64,000 nt of DNA from Chiloscyllium plagiosum (Eukaryota). A program made the translations under genes and the position numbers. The first letter of the stretch is position 1. Every line of letters starts with the position of its first letter. The stretch spans positions 22,812,989-22,876,988 of the forward strand of contig NC_057746.1 of assembly GCF_004010195.1 (NCBI RefSeq), in the 5' to 3' direction. Of the stretch, positions 36,405 to 49,280 are shown in pieces. Below the pieces are notes generated by a model, which did not search any database, was not told where the DNA came from, and saw nothing but the letters and a program-made list of their open reading frames with translations.

Positions 36405-39080
36405 TTTATATGTATCGATTAATGGGCATTCGTGCAAATATCAGAGATGCTTTTCAAGTTTACCCTGTTCATTCGCCCCCAAAGTCATTTTGATGTTTCA
36501 ATTAATGGGCATTAATGTATATGTCAAACACTGCTTTTTAATCCTCCCCTTTTCCCCTGAAGTTGTATTTATATTTCGATTAATGGGCATTAATGTATAT
36601 GTCAAACACTGCTTGTTAAGCCTCCCCTTATCTTTTCTCCCAAAGTCGTATTCATATTTTGATTAATGGGTATTAATTTTATATCAAACACTGCTTTTTA
36701 ATCCTCCTCTTATCTTTTCCCACCTAAAGTCGTATTTATATTTCGATTACAATAATGGGCATTAATGTATACATCAAGCACTGCTTTTTAAGCCTCCCCT
36801 TATCTTTTACCCCAAAGTCGTATTTATATTTTGGTTAATGTGCATTAATGTATGTATTAAACACTGATTTTTAAGCTTCCCTTTATCTTTTCCCACCCAA
36901 AATTGTATTTATATTTCGATTACAGTAATGGGCATTAATGTATGCATCAAACACTGCTTTTTTGCCTCCCCTTATCTTTTACCCCAAAGTCGTATTTATA
37001 TTTTGATTAATGGGTATTAATGTATGTATTAAACACTGATTTTAAAGCCTACCCTTATCTTTTCTCCCCAAATCATATTCATATTTCAGTTAATGGGTAT
37101 TAATGTTTATATCAAACACTGCTTTTTAATCCTTACCTTATCTTTTTTCTTAAAGTCGTATTTACATTTCGATTAATAGTCATTAATGTATACATCAAAC
37201 ACTGCTTTTTAATCCTCCTCTTATCTTTTCCCACCCAAAGTCATATTTATATTTTGATTACAGTAATGGGCATTAATGTATACATCAAACGTTGCTTTTT
37301 AGCCTCCCTCACTTTTTAACCCCAAAGTTGTAATTATATTTTGGTTAATGGGCATTAATGTATGTATTAAACACTGATTTTTAAGCCTCCCCTTATTTTT
37401 TCTCCCAAAGTCATAGAACATAGAACAGTACAGCACAGAACAGGCCCTTCAGCCCACGATGTTGTGCCGACCACTGATCCTCATGTATGCACCCTCAAAT
37501 TTCTGTGACCATATGCATGTCCAGTAGTCTCTTAAATGTCCCCAATGACCTTGCTTCCACAATTGCTGCTGGCAACACATTCCATGCTCTCTCAACTCTG
37601 TGTAAAGAACCCGCATCTGACATCCCCTCTCTACTTTCCTCCAACCGGCTTAACCCCTCGTGTTAGTCATTTCTGCCCTGGGAAATAATTTCTGGCTATC
37701 GACTCTATCTATGCCTCTCATTATCTTGTATACCTCAATTAGATCCCCTCTCCTCCTCCTTTTCTCCAATGAAAAAAGGCAACCTCTCCTCATAAGATAA
37801 GCCCTCCAGTCCAGGCAGCATCCTGGTAAACCTCCTCTGAACCCTCTCCAAAGCATCCACATCTTTCCTANNNNNNNNNNNNNNNNNNNNNNNNNNNNNN
37901 NNNNNNNNNNNNNNNNNNNNNNNNNNNNNNNNNNNNNNNNNNNNNNNNNNNNNNNNNNNNNNNNNNNNNNNNNNNNNNNNNNNNNNNNNNNNNNNNNNNN
38001 NNNNNNNNNNNNNNNNNNNNNNNNNNNNNNNNNNNNNNNNNNNNNNNNNNNNNNNNNNNNNNNNNNNNNNNNNNNNNNNNNNNNNNNNNNNNNNNNNNNN
38101 NNNNNNNNNNNNNNNNNNNNNNNNNNNNNNNNNNNNNNNNNNNNNNNNNNNNNNNNNNNNNNNNNNNNNNNNNNNNNNNNNNNNNNNNNNNNNNNNNNNN
38201 NNNNNNNNNNNNNNNNNNNNNNNNNNNNNNNNNNNNNNNNNNNNNNNNNNNNNNNNNNNNNNNNNNNNNNNNNNNNNNNNGAATGAGCCTACCATGGGGA
38301 ACCTTATCAAATGCCTTGCTGAAGTCCATATACACCACATCCACAGCTCGACCCTCATCAACCTTTCTAGTCACATCCTCAAAGAATTTGATAAGGTTTG
38401 TGAGGCATGACCTGCCCCTCACAAAGCCGTGTTGACTGCATTTAATCAAGCCATGCTCTTCCAGATGGTCATAAATCCTATCCCTCAGAATCCTTTCTAA
38501 CACCTTGCAGATGACAGACGTGAGACTTATTTATAAGTCATATTTATATTTTGATTAAGGGGCATTAATGTATGTATTAAACACTGATTTTTAAGCCTAC
38601 CTTTATCTTTTCTCCCAAAATCATATTCATATTTCAAATAATGGGTATTAATGTTTATATCAAACACTGCGATTTAATCCTCCCCTTATCTTTTCTCCCA
38701 AAGTCGTATTTATATTTCGATTAATGGGCATTATTGTGTATGTCAAACACTGCTTTTTAAGCCTCCCCTTATCTCTTACCCCCAAAGTTGTATTTATATT
38801 TCGATTAATGGGCATTAATGTATACATTAAACTGCTTTTTAAGCGTCCCATTATCTTTTCCCCCAAATTATATTTCAATTAATGGGCATTAATGTCTATG
38901 TCAAAGCTGCTTTTCAATTTTACCCTTATATTTGCTCCCCCCCACCCCAAAAAATTCACATATCGGTTAATGGGTATTTACGTATGAATGAAAACTGCGA
39001 TTTCAGCTTACCTTTATCTTTTCCCCTGCAGTCATGTTTATATATCGATTAATGGGCATTTATGTCTATATCAATGCTGC
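36405..39080. repeat. AT-rich satellite, about 83-bp unit, roughly 19 units, interrupted by a CR1
   Basis: Consensus GATTAATGGGCATTAATGTATATGTCAAACACTGCTTTTTAAGCCTCCCCTTATCTTTTCTCCCAAAGTCGTATTTATATTTC recurs at 36418, 36501, 36579, 36662 and onward to 39048. Confidence 0.95.
37413..38530 (-). mobile_element. 5'-truncated CR1 LINE (RT) inserted in the satellite; contains an N-gap
   Basis: QHGFVRGRSCLTNL...YMDFSKAFDKVPH, ERVQRRFTRM; ATAGAAC tail; AAGTCATA on both flanks (possible TSD). Confidence 0.92.
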
Positions 39081-40790
39081 TCTTGCAGCCTCCCCTTTTC
39101 TCATCCCCTGCTATCCGCTTTCTAAATCAAAATTGATCCATCTCCAAGTTTCTTTCCTGTCATCGAAGTGGAAACTTCTGGAAAATCGCAGCAGCTGAGG
39201 GTGGCACAAGGCAGGTGGTGGTCAACCTTTCTCTCAAACTACCCCAAATCTATCCATGTATTAAGCCGTGGAATTGTTGTCTGTGTCTGGAATGAATATC
39301 ATTTAAGCTGGGTTCAGTATCCTCAGGAGGAATTTCTGGAGGTTGGGAGAGAAATATTTGCTCTTGGTGTCTTGTCCTTTTGGAAGGGAAAGACCAAGTT
39401 GAGATTTAATCAAAGTTCATCTCTTTCCATCCTTCCCCCGTCTCTTTAAATTAGGTAAGAGCATGAGTTTACTTCCATTCATTTCTTCATGGGATGTGAG
39501 AACAGCATTTGTTCCCCATTCTTTGAACTGGCTTTGCTATAGCGTCATTTCAGGGAGTAAAAGGTATCACTTGGAGTCAGCCACATTGCTGTGGACCCGG
39601 TGTCACATTTCGGTCAAACCAGATAAGGAATTGGGACTCAGCGACGTTTTTTCCCATCAGTAAGTGAGGATAGTGTCTGTGGTAACCACGACTTTTTTTT
39701 TAACTCATTCACGGGATGAGGACATCGCTGGATAACTGGTATGTATTGACAATCCCAGCAGGCAGTTAAGAGTCAGTTACATTGCTGAGGATCTGGAGTC
39801 ACATTTAGGCCAGACCAGGTAAGGGCAGCAGTTTCCTTCTCTAATGTCGTTTAAACTGAGGTTAGCTTTCAATTCCAGACGAGTAATGGAGTCTTGGAGT
39901 TATTCATCCAGCAACATTACCACTGCGCTACCATTTGAATGTCAGTGACAAAGTGCTCACAACTCAAAATCGTAAAGGGAGTAGATGTACTGAGAGTGTA
40001 TTAGTAATGAGTTTACATCGAGAGTAGTTGGAAAATTAAATGTTCTGTCTAATTGGAAAGAGGGTAAAGGAGTGATTGTTGTTTTTTAAGACAAGTTGTA
40101 GAAATATATGATGCAGGAAAGACGCAAGACTAATTGATGAGAAAGGGGCAGCAAAATTATATTTTTATTGTTTGAGCAAAGGCATTATGGGCCCAGTGGC
40201 CTCTCATGCAGTCAGCTCTATCAGCTTGTAGAGTGGTTTTCATATTATTTGGATGTCCCTTGGTGCTTTACAATCAATAAAGGACAAATTAAGGAATAGT
40301 CAATTATATTTTGCAGGAAACACCGCAGGTGATTTGCACACAAGGTCCCATAAAATGTGGAAGTTGGTATTTTATTGATTACAAGACAAATATTGATCAG
40401 AGTACAGTGGACAACTCCTCAGCTTTCAAAATGTTGCAAGGTCTTTTTTTTACCTCAGAGGATAGACAGGAATCACAGTTTAATATCTCACCTGAAAACC
40501 TGTACCTCTGACAGAGCAGCACTCCCTGAGGTTGTGACCAGTAACAGCCAAGACTGTGGGCTGAAGCCTCTTGAGTTTATGTTGAACCTAAGACCTTCCA
40601 ATTTAGACGAGAGTGCTACCCATTAAATTGTGGCTGACTATATGATTAAAAATTGAAACTTTTCAGGAATGAAGCTAAGAGGGAATGTAAGTTATAATGT
40701 TTACGCATTAATTTTGACTTTTTTAATCTGTATTAAGGTGGATAGTTAAGAGAGCTTGGAATTGGATGGACGTTGCAAATTGTTTTGAGA

Positions 40791-41204
40791 ATGGCTACGA
40801 ATCATCATGTGAACCGCCTCTTCAGTGAAGTGACCTGCTCCATCTGCCTGGATTTCTTCCAGGAGCCGGTGGCACTGGAATGTGAACACAATTTCTGCCG
40901 TCTCTGTATCTCCAGGACCTGGGAGCAGGGTGGTGCTTTCTACTCCTGCCCTGAGTGCAGGGAGGAGTTCCACGAGAAGAAGCTAAAGCCGAACCGCATG
41001 CTGGCCAATATTGTGGAGGGGGTGAGGGAGCTCAACCTCCAACCTCGCCAGGGTCACCCAACCTTCTACTGCCAGCAGCACGATGAGCGCCGCAAGCTGT
41101 TCTGCCAGGACTGTCAAGCAGCCATCTGTGTGGTGTGCTCCTGTGCAAAAGAACACCAGGGCCACAGCTTCATCCCTGTTGAGGAGGCTGCTGTCCTGTA
41201 CAAG
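40791..41204 (+). CDS. TRIM gene B (TRIM39/A33-like E3 ligase), coding exon 1 (RING and B-box 2)
   Basis: Acceptor TTTTTTAATCTGTATTAAG| at 40737; MATNHHVNRLFSEVTCSICLDFFQEPVALECEHNFCRLC...CPEC...CQQH...LFCQDC...CVVC...EHQGH...YK|GTAAGA. Confidence 0.96.
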
Positions 41205-42019
41205 GTAAGAAGGTTGTGGATGTACAAGTAGAGAGGAAGAGGGCTGAAAGATGTATGGGGTAAATATAGGAATGTTTTACTTATTTACTCACGGGCATCG
41301 CTAGCTGGATCAGCACTTATTGCCCAACCCGAGTTGCCCTTGTGAATGTGGTGAGTTGCAGTCCACACGCTCAAGGTAGACCCACTATGCCCTTCAGGAG
41401 GGGATTCCAGGCAACCATGAAGGGACAGTAATGTATGTCCAAGTCAGGATGGGGAGTGGCTTTGAGGGGAACTCGGGTGGTGGTGTTCTCATGTATCTGC
41501 TCCCCTTGTTCTTCTGGGCGGAAGAGTTTGAGGGTTTGGAAGACATATGCTGTAAAGAGGGCACCAAATGGTGGACAGCCCCAGTGGTAGAGGAGGTTTC
41601 TGCGGTGGTTTGGCTTCAGTGGCCTTGGGTGGGGCTGAGGCTGCGGTAGTTCGTGGAAGGGGTCCTGATGCTCATGGTAAAAAGGCTGAAAATAAGGAGT
41701 GTGTGCTAGGAACGAAACTTGGTGGTTGGTAAAGGAAGTGAAAATCAATACTCGGGGAAATTTACCTCTCTCCCTACCATCACTGAGTCTGAAATAATCG
41801 ATTTCTTCCTGGGATCAGCCTTAAAGGACAAAGTTCTCAAGATCTGCAAACTCATGCTGGTCAACATACAAGAATTAAAGCTTTTGTTGCAATTGGTGAC
41901 TATAATGGACATATTTGTTTGGGTGTCAAATGCTTGAATTGGTCATCAGTTGGCAAAGCTGTCAATCATTCCTGTAAAGAGGGCTTAAACTGGGGTAGCA
42001 AAATTGGAAAACTCCTCGC

Positions 42020-42812
42020 TGTACCATACAATGTTACACCTCTGTTCAAGAAGGGACAGAGGCAGAAGACAGGAATCTATAGGCTGGTTAGCCTGACCGT
42101 GGTCATTGGTAAGATTTTAGAATCCATTATTAAAGATTAGATTGCAGAGCACTGGGCAGTGTATGGTAAAAATAGAGCTGAGTCGACAAAACTCCGTCAA
42201 GGGGAGGTTAGCACTGACAAATCTGTTAAAATTCTTGGCGGAGGTAACGAGCATGTTAGATGAAGGAGAACCAGTGGATGTGAACTGTTTGGATTTCCAG
42301 AAGGCCTTTGACAAGGTATTGCACAAGATGCTGCTAAATAAGATAAAAGGCCATGGTGTTAGGGGCAAAGTATTAGAGGATTGTCTGACTGGCAGAAGTC
42401 AGAGTGGGGATAAAGGGGTCTTTTTCAGGATGCCAGCTGGTGATGAATGGAGGTCAAAATGGGGTCCACATTGGGACCATAACTCTTCACATAATACAGT
42501 AATGATCTGAGAAAGGAACTGAGAGCATTATTGCAAAGTTTGCAGATAACAGAAAGATAGGCAGAGCAACAGGGAAGCAGTGAGGCTGCCGAAGAACTTG
42601 GACAGGCAAAGGGAGTGGGTAGGGAAGTGATAGATGAAATACCATGTGGGAGAGTGTGATGTTATACACTTTGATATGAAGAACAGAGGTGAAGACTATT
42701 TTCTAAATTGGGAATGGCTTGGGAACTCTGAAGCACAAACGATTTGGGAGTCCTTGTTCGGGATTCGCTTAAAGTTAATACGCAGGTTCAGTTGACAGTT
42801 AGGAAAATGCAA
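42020..42812 (+). mobile_element. Degraded CR1 RT fragment that hosts later insertions
   Basis: NVTPLFKKG...YRLVSLT, LDFQKAFDKV; the host continues at about 43080-43210 and 49280-50100. Confidence 0.85.
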
Positions 42813-43204
42813 TATAGAACGTAGAACATTACAGCGCAGTACAGGCCCTTCGGCCCTCGATGTTGCGCCGACAAGTCATACCAATCTGAAGCCCATCTAA
42901 CCTACACTATTCCATGTACATCCATATGTTTGTCCAATGTCGACTTAAGTGCACTTAAAGTTAGCGAATTTACTACCGTTGCAGGCAAAGCATTCCATAC
43001 CCTTACTACTCCACACCTGAGGAGTGACTACCTCCCTGTAACTCCTGTCAATAACCCCCTGTGCCTCCCAAATGATCCTAACATCTGATATCTGTGTTCA
43101 AGAGAGCTAGAATATTAGAGCAAAAATGTACAGCTGAGACTGTCTTTGGGAGAACACCTATTTAAGGAACTGCTGGACGTGCACATGTAGGTTCACAGGA
43201 ATGA

Positions 43205-44800
43205 TTCTCCGGGGAAGCGAAAATCATGGAGGAGTTGGAGGGTGTGGGTGGTGTCCTGAACGTAGTTGGGGAGTTCTTGGACTAAGGGGGACAGGCCCGT
43301 GTCGAGGTATGCAGAGATGAGTTCCGTGTGGCATGAGCAGGCTGAGACAATGGGTCAGCCGGGTTAGTCCGGTTTGTGGAGTTTGGGCAGGAGGTAGAAA
43401 TGTGTGGACTCAAAGCCCTCCGCTTCTTCCTTTCCTGCCATACCAATCAGTACCCTTCCACTGACACCCTCCTTCGACTGACTGAACTGGTCCTCACCCT
43501 AAACAGCTTCTCTTTCCAATCCTCCCACTTCCTCCAAACCAAAGAAGTAGCCATGGGCACCCGCATGGGCCCCAACTATGCCTGCCTCTTCATAGAATAT
43601 GTGGAACAGTCCATCTTCCGCAGCTTCACTGGCACCACCCCCCACCTTTTCCTCCGCTACATCGATGACTGTATCGGTGCTAACTCGTGCTCTCATGAGG
43701 AGGTTGAACAGTTCATCCACCTTCCACCCCGACCTCAAATTCACCTGGACCGTCTCAGTCTCCTCCCTCCCCTTCCGAGACATTTTCATTTCTATCTCAG
43801 GTGACCGAATCAACGGACATTTACTATGAACAGACCGACTCCCACAGCTACCTAGACTACACCTCCTCCCACCCTGCTCCCTGTAAAACTCCATCCCATA
43901 ATCCAAATTCCTTCTTCTCAGCCGCATCTGCTCCCAGGTGGACCAGTTCCAAAACTGTACAATCCAGATGGCCTCCTTCTTCAAAGACCGCAATTTCACC
44001 CCAGACGTGATCGACGATGCCCTCCACCGCATCTCCTCCACTTCCCGCTCCTCCGCCCTTGAGCCCTGCCCCTCCAATCGCCCCCAGGACAGAACCCCAC
44101 TGGTCCTCACCTACCACCCCACCAACCTCCATATACATCGTATNNNNNNNNNNNNNNNNNNNNNNNNNNNNNNNNNNNNNNNNNNNNNNNNNNNNNNNNN
44201 NNNNNNNNNNNNNNNNNNNNNNNNNNNNNNNNNNNNNNNNNNNNNNNNNNNNNNNNNNNNNNNNNNNNNNNNNNNNNNNNNNNNNNNNNNNNNNNNNNNN
44301 NNNNNNNNNNNNNNNNNNNNNNNNNNNNNNNNNNNNNNNNNNNNNNNNNNNNNNNNNNNNNNNNNNNNNNNNNNNNNNNNNNNNNNNNNNNNNNNNNNNN
44401 NNNNNNNNNNNNNNNNNNNNNNNNNNNNNNNNNNNNNNNNNNNNNNNNNNNNNNNNNNNNNNNNNNNNNNNNNNNNNNNNNNNNNNNNNNNNNNNNNNNN
44501 NNNNNNNNNNNNNNNNNNNNNNNNNNNNNNNNNNNNNNNNNNNNNNNNNNNNNNNNNNNNNNNNNNNNNNNNNNNNNNNNNNNNNNNNNNNNNNNNNNNG
44601 GCCTATCACCCTCACCTTTACCTCCTTCCACCTATCGCATTTCCAACGCCCCTCCCCCAAGTCCCTCTTCCCTACCTTTTATCTTAGCCTGCTGGACACA
44701 CTTTCCTCATTCTTGAAGAAGGGCTCATGCCCGAAACGTCGATTCTCCTGCTCCTTGGATGCTGCCTGACCTGCTGCGCTTTTCCAGCAACACATTTTCT
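43205..44800 (+). mobile_element. Penelope-like retroelement with an inverted 5' segment (43205-43400); contains an N-gap
   Basis: LVLTLNSFSF...VAMGTRMGPNYACLF...FLRYIDDCIG RT motifs; 3' tail GAAGAAGGGCTCATGCCCGAAACGTCGATTCTCC. Confidence 0.92.
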
Positions 44801-45338
44801 GCTGCAGAGGACGTACCTTGCCCCAGTCTGGTCGGCAATCTTCACTTAGCTAAGGGCTGCACCAAAGATTTAACTTTGTGGTTGGTAGATAATATAAGAA
44901 TCAGGAAGTTTATTGCGAACGAGCATGGTTTTAGGTAATATTCAATCATATCCCTTTTGTTTCTTTATTCCAGTTTGTGCATAAAATTACAAGTGGACTC
45001 CCAATTTTTGGCTCATAAGTAAAGCTGCCGAGTAAAACGAGTTTCCATGGAGACTGGTCCAAATGTGTCCAAAGTATGAACAATAACTACTTCCTGTGAG
45101 TATCAGTAAACTATTAGCTTGAGAAACATTACATAGTTGTCATTGGGAAGGGGCTCATATTACTTATTTTTCAGAAGAACTGAACAATTTATTTGTAAAC
45201 TGTTGTCTTTGGTCGCTCTGGGTTGCGTTTTGGATTTTGAAAAAAAATCTCGGTGACTAGAACACTATTTCTTCGATTTCTTGAAGCTTTTCAACCACAT
45301 TTTATGTCGGCAGCCCGTATGTTGCCTTCAACTGTTTT

Positions 45339-48300
45339 AGAACATAGAACATTACAGTGCAGTACAGGCCCTTCGGCCCTCGATGTTGTGCCGACCTGTC
45401 ATAACAACCTGAAGCCCATCTAACCTACACTATTCCATGTACATCCATATGTTTGTCCAATGACGACTTAAGTGCACTTAAAGTTAGCGAATTTACTACC
45501 GTTGCAGGCAAAGCATTCCATACCCTTACTACTCTCTGAGTAAAGAAACTATCTTATAAGTATCACCCCTCAATTTAAAGCTATGCACCCTTATGTTCGC
45601 CGTCCCCATACTTGGGAAAAGGTTCTCCCTGTCCACCCTATCTAACCTTCTGATTATCTTATATGTCTCTATTAAGTCACCTTCTTCTCTCCAACGAAAA
45701 CAGCCTCAAGTCCCTCAGCCTTTCCTCGTAAGACCCCTCCACCATACCCAGGCAACATCCTAGTAAATCTCCTCTGCACCCTTTCCAAAGCTTACACATC
45801 CTCCTTATAATGTGGTGAACAGAACTGTACACAATACTCCAAGTGCGACCGCACCAAAGTTTTGTACAGCTGTAGCATAACCTCATGGTTCCGGAACTCG
45901 ATCCCTCTAGTAATAAAAGCTAAAACACTGTATGCCTTCTTAACAACCCTGTCAACCTGGGTGGCAACTTTCAAGGATCTGTGTACTGGGACACCAAGAT
46001 CTCTCTGCTCATCTACACTACCAAGAATCTTACCATTAGCCCAGTACTTTGCATTCCGGTTACTCCGACCAAACTGAATCACCTCACACTTGTCTGCATT
46101 AAACTCCATTTGCCACCTCTCAGCCCAGCTCTGCAGCTTATCTATGTCTCTCTGTAACCTACAACATCCTTCATCACTATCCACAACTCCACTGACCTTA
46201 GTGTCGTCTGCAAATTTACTAACCCACCCTTCTACGCTCTCATCCAGGTCATTTATAAAAATGATGAACAGCAGTGGACCCATTAGTAACTGGACTCCAG
46301 GATGAACATTTCCCATCAACCACCACCCTCTGTCTTCTTTCAGCAAGCCAATTACTGATTCAAACTGCTATATCTCCCACAACCCCATTCCTCCACATTT
46401 TGTACAATAGCCTACTGTGGGGAACCTTATCGAACGCCTTGCTGAAATCCATATACACCACATCAACTAGGTTACTCTCCTCTACCTGTTTGGTCACCTT
46501 CTCAAAGAACTCAATAAGGTTTATGAGGCACGACCTACCCTTCACAAAACCGTGCTGACTATCCCTAATCAAATTATTCTTTTCTAGATGATTATAAATC
46601 CTATCTCTTATAACTCTTATAACAACTGGAGTAAGGCTTGCTGGACCATAATTACCAGGATTGTCTCTACTCCCCTTCTTGAACAGGGGAACCACATTTG
46701 CTATCCTCCAGTCTTCTGGCACTATTCCTGTAGACAATGACAATTTAAAGATCAATGTCAAAGGCTCGGCAATCTCCTCCCTGGCTTCCATGAGGATCCT
46801 AGGATAAATCCCATCCGGCCTAGGGGACTTATCTATTTCACTCTCTGCAGGATTTCTAATACCTCTTCCTTGTGAACCTCAATCCCACCTGGTCTAGGAG
46901 CCTGTATCTCAGTATTCTCCTCAACAACATTGTTGTTTTCTAGAGTGAATACTGTTGAAAAATATTCATTTAGTGCCTCCCCTATGTCCTCTGACTCCAC
47001 ACACAACTTCCCACTACTATCCTTGATTGGCCCTAATCTTACTCTCGTCATTCTTTTATTCCTTAAATACCTATAGAAAGCCTTAGGGTTTACCTTGATC
47101 CTATGCGCCAACAACTTCTCATGTCTCCTCCTGGCTCTTCTGAGCTCTCTCTAAGTCTTTCCTGGCTACCTTGTAATCCTCAAGCGCCCTAACTGAGCCT
47201 TCACATCTCATCTTAACATAAGTCGTCTTCTTCCTCTTGACCAGAGATTCCACTTCCTTTGTAAACCACGGCTCCCATGCTCTATACCTTCCTCCCTGCC
47301 TGACAGGTAAATATTTATCTCGGACACTCAGAAGCTTTTCCTTGAATACGCTCCACATTTCTAATGTGTCCATCCCCTGCAGTTTCCTTACCCATCCTAT
47401 GCTTCCTAAATCTTGCCTAATCGCATCGTAATTGTTTTTCCCCCAGCTGTAACTCTTGTCCAGTGGTATGCACCTATCCCTTTCTATCACTAAAGTAAAC
47501 ATAACAGAATTGTGATCGCTGTCACCAAAGTGCTCACCTACTTCCAAGTCTAACACCTGGTCGGGCTCATTACCCAGTACCAAATCTAATGTGGCTTCAC
47601 CGCTTGTTGGTCTGTCTACATACTGTGTCAGGAAGCCCTCCTGCACACACTGGACAAAAACTGACCCATCTATAGTACTCATACTATAGTGTTCCCAGTC
47701 AATATTTGGAAAGTTGAAGTCCCCATGACAGCTACCCTGTCTCTCTCACTCCTATTGAGAATCATCTTTGCTATCCTTTCCTCTACATCTCTGGAACTAT
47801 ACGCAGGCCTATAGAAAACTCCCAACAGGGTAACCTCTCCTTTCCTGTTTCTAACCTCAGCCCATACTACCTCAGTTGACGAGTCCCCTAACATCCTTTC
47901 TGCAACTGCAATACTGTCCTTGACCAACAATGCCACACCTCCCCCTCTTTTATCATCTTCTCTGGTCTTACTGAAACATTTAAATCCTGGAACCTGCAAC
48001 AACCATTCCTGTCCCTACTCTATCCATGTCTCTGAAATGGTCACAACATCGAAGTCCCAGGTACCAACCCATGCCGCAAGTTCATCCACCTTATTCCGGA
48101 TGCTCCTGGCGTTGAAGTAGACACGCTTCAAACCCACTTCTTGCTTGCCGGTGCCATCTTGCGTCCCTGAAACTTGATTTTGGACCTCCCTCCTCTCAAC
48201 CTTTTCTATACTCGAACTACAATTTTGATTCCCATTCCCCTGTTGATTAGTTTAAACCCACCCCAATAGCCTTAGCGAATTTTCCCCCAATATTTTGGTA

Positions 48301-49280
48301 CCTCTCTGGTTCCGATGAAGACCATCCTGCTTGTAGAGGTCCCACCTACCCCAGAAAGAGCCCCAATTATCCAAGAATCCAAAACCCTCCCTCCTGCACC
48401 ATCTCTGTAGCCACGTATTCAACTCCTCTCTCCCTATTCCTCGCCTCACTAGCACGTGGCACGGGCAACAAACCAGAGACAACTGTCTGTGTGGAGTTTG
48501 CACATTCTCCCCATGTCTGTGGGTTTCCTCCGGGTGCTCTGGTTTCTTCCCACAATCCAAAGATGTGCAGGTTAGGTGAATTGGCCATGCTAAATTGCCC
48601 GTAGTGTTAGGTGAAGGGGTAAATGTAGGGGAATGAGCCTGGGTGGGTTGCTGTTCGGAGGGTCGGTGTGCACTTGTTGGGCCGAAAGGCCTGTTTCCAC
48701 ACTGTAAGTAATCTAATCTAATCCTACCAACAACTCTGTTCGCCCTAGCTCTAAGCTTCCATCCTAGCTCCCTGAATTTCTGCCTTAGATCCCCATCTCT
48801 CTTCCTACCTATGTCGTTGGTGCCTATGTGGACCATGACTTGGGGCTGCTCCCCCGCCCCCTTAAGGATCCCAAAAATACGATCAGAGACATCACGAACC
48901 CTGGCACCTGGGAGACAACACACCAACCATGTGTCTCTCTTGTCCCCACAGAACCTCCTATCTGTCCCCCTAACTATGGAGTCCCCAGTGACTACTGCTC
49001 TGCTCCTCTTTCCCCCTTCCCTTCTGAGCAGCAGGAACAGACTCTGTGCCAGAGCCTTGTACCCCACTGTTTTCCCCTGGTAAGTCGTCCTCCCCAACAG
49101 TATCCAAAACGTTATACTTATTGTTGAGGGGAATGGCCACAGGGGATCCCTGCACTGCCTGCCGATTCCCTTTCCCTTTCCGTCCCCTGACTGTAACCCA
49201 TCTGCCTTTTTCTTGTACCTGAGGAGTGACTACCTCCCTGTAACTCCTGTCAATAACCCCCTGTGCCTCCCAAATGATCC
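45339..49280 (-). mobile_element. Near full-length CR1 LINE (partial ORF1 esterase, ORF2 APE and RT, frameshifted)
   Basis: ORFs 48252-49097 (GDSIVRG, HIGTND, DGLH), 47679-48002 and 47119-47682 (APE, GDSDHN), 46360-46791 and 45792-46346 (RT, FADDTK); AGAACAT tail at 45339. Confidence 0.95.
48484..48724 (+). mobile_element. HE1-type SINE (5'-truncated) inserted in CR1 ORF1
   Basis: V-domain plus (TAATC)n tail; ACAACT on both sides. Confidence 0.9.

Noticed and set aside
34845-39080. Regularly spaced repeats resembling CRISPR arrays
   Set aside because: Whole units are homologous with no unique spacers, there are no cas genes, and the context is vertebrate; these are a minisatellite and a satellite.
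37735-44769. Long ORFs containing X runs
   Set aside because: Artefacts of translating through assembly gaps.
48252-49097. 281-aa chimeric ORF that looks like a novel fusion
   Set aside because: It is CR1 ORF1 read through an antisense SINE insertion and changes frame afterwards; the element is 5'-truncated.
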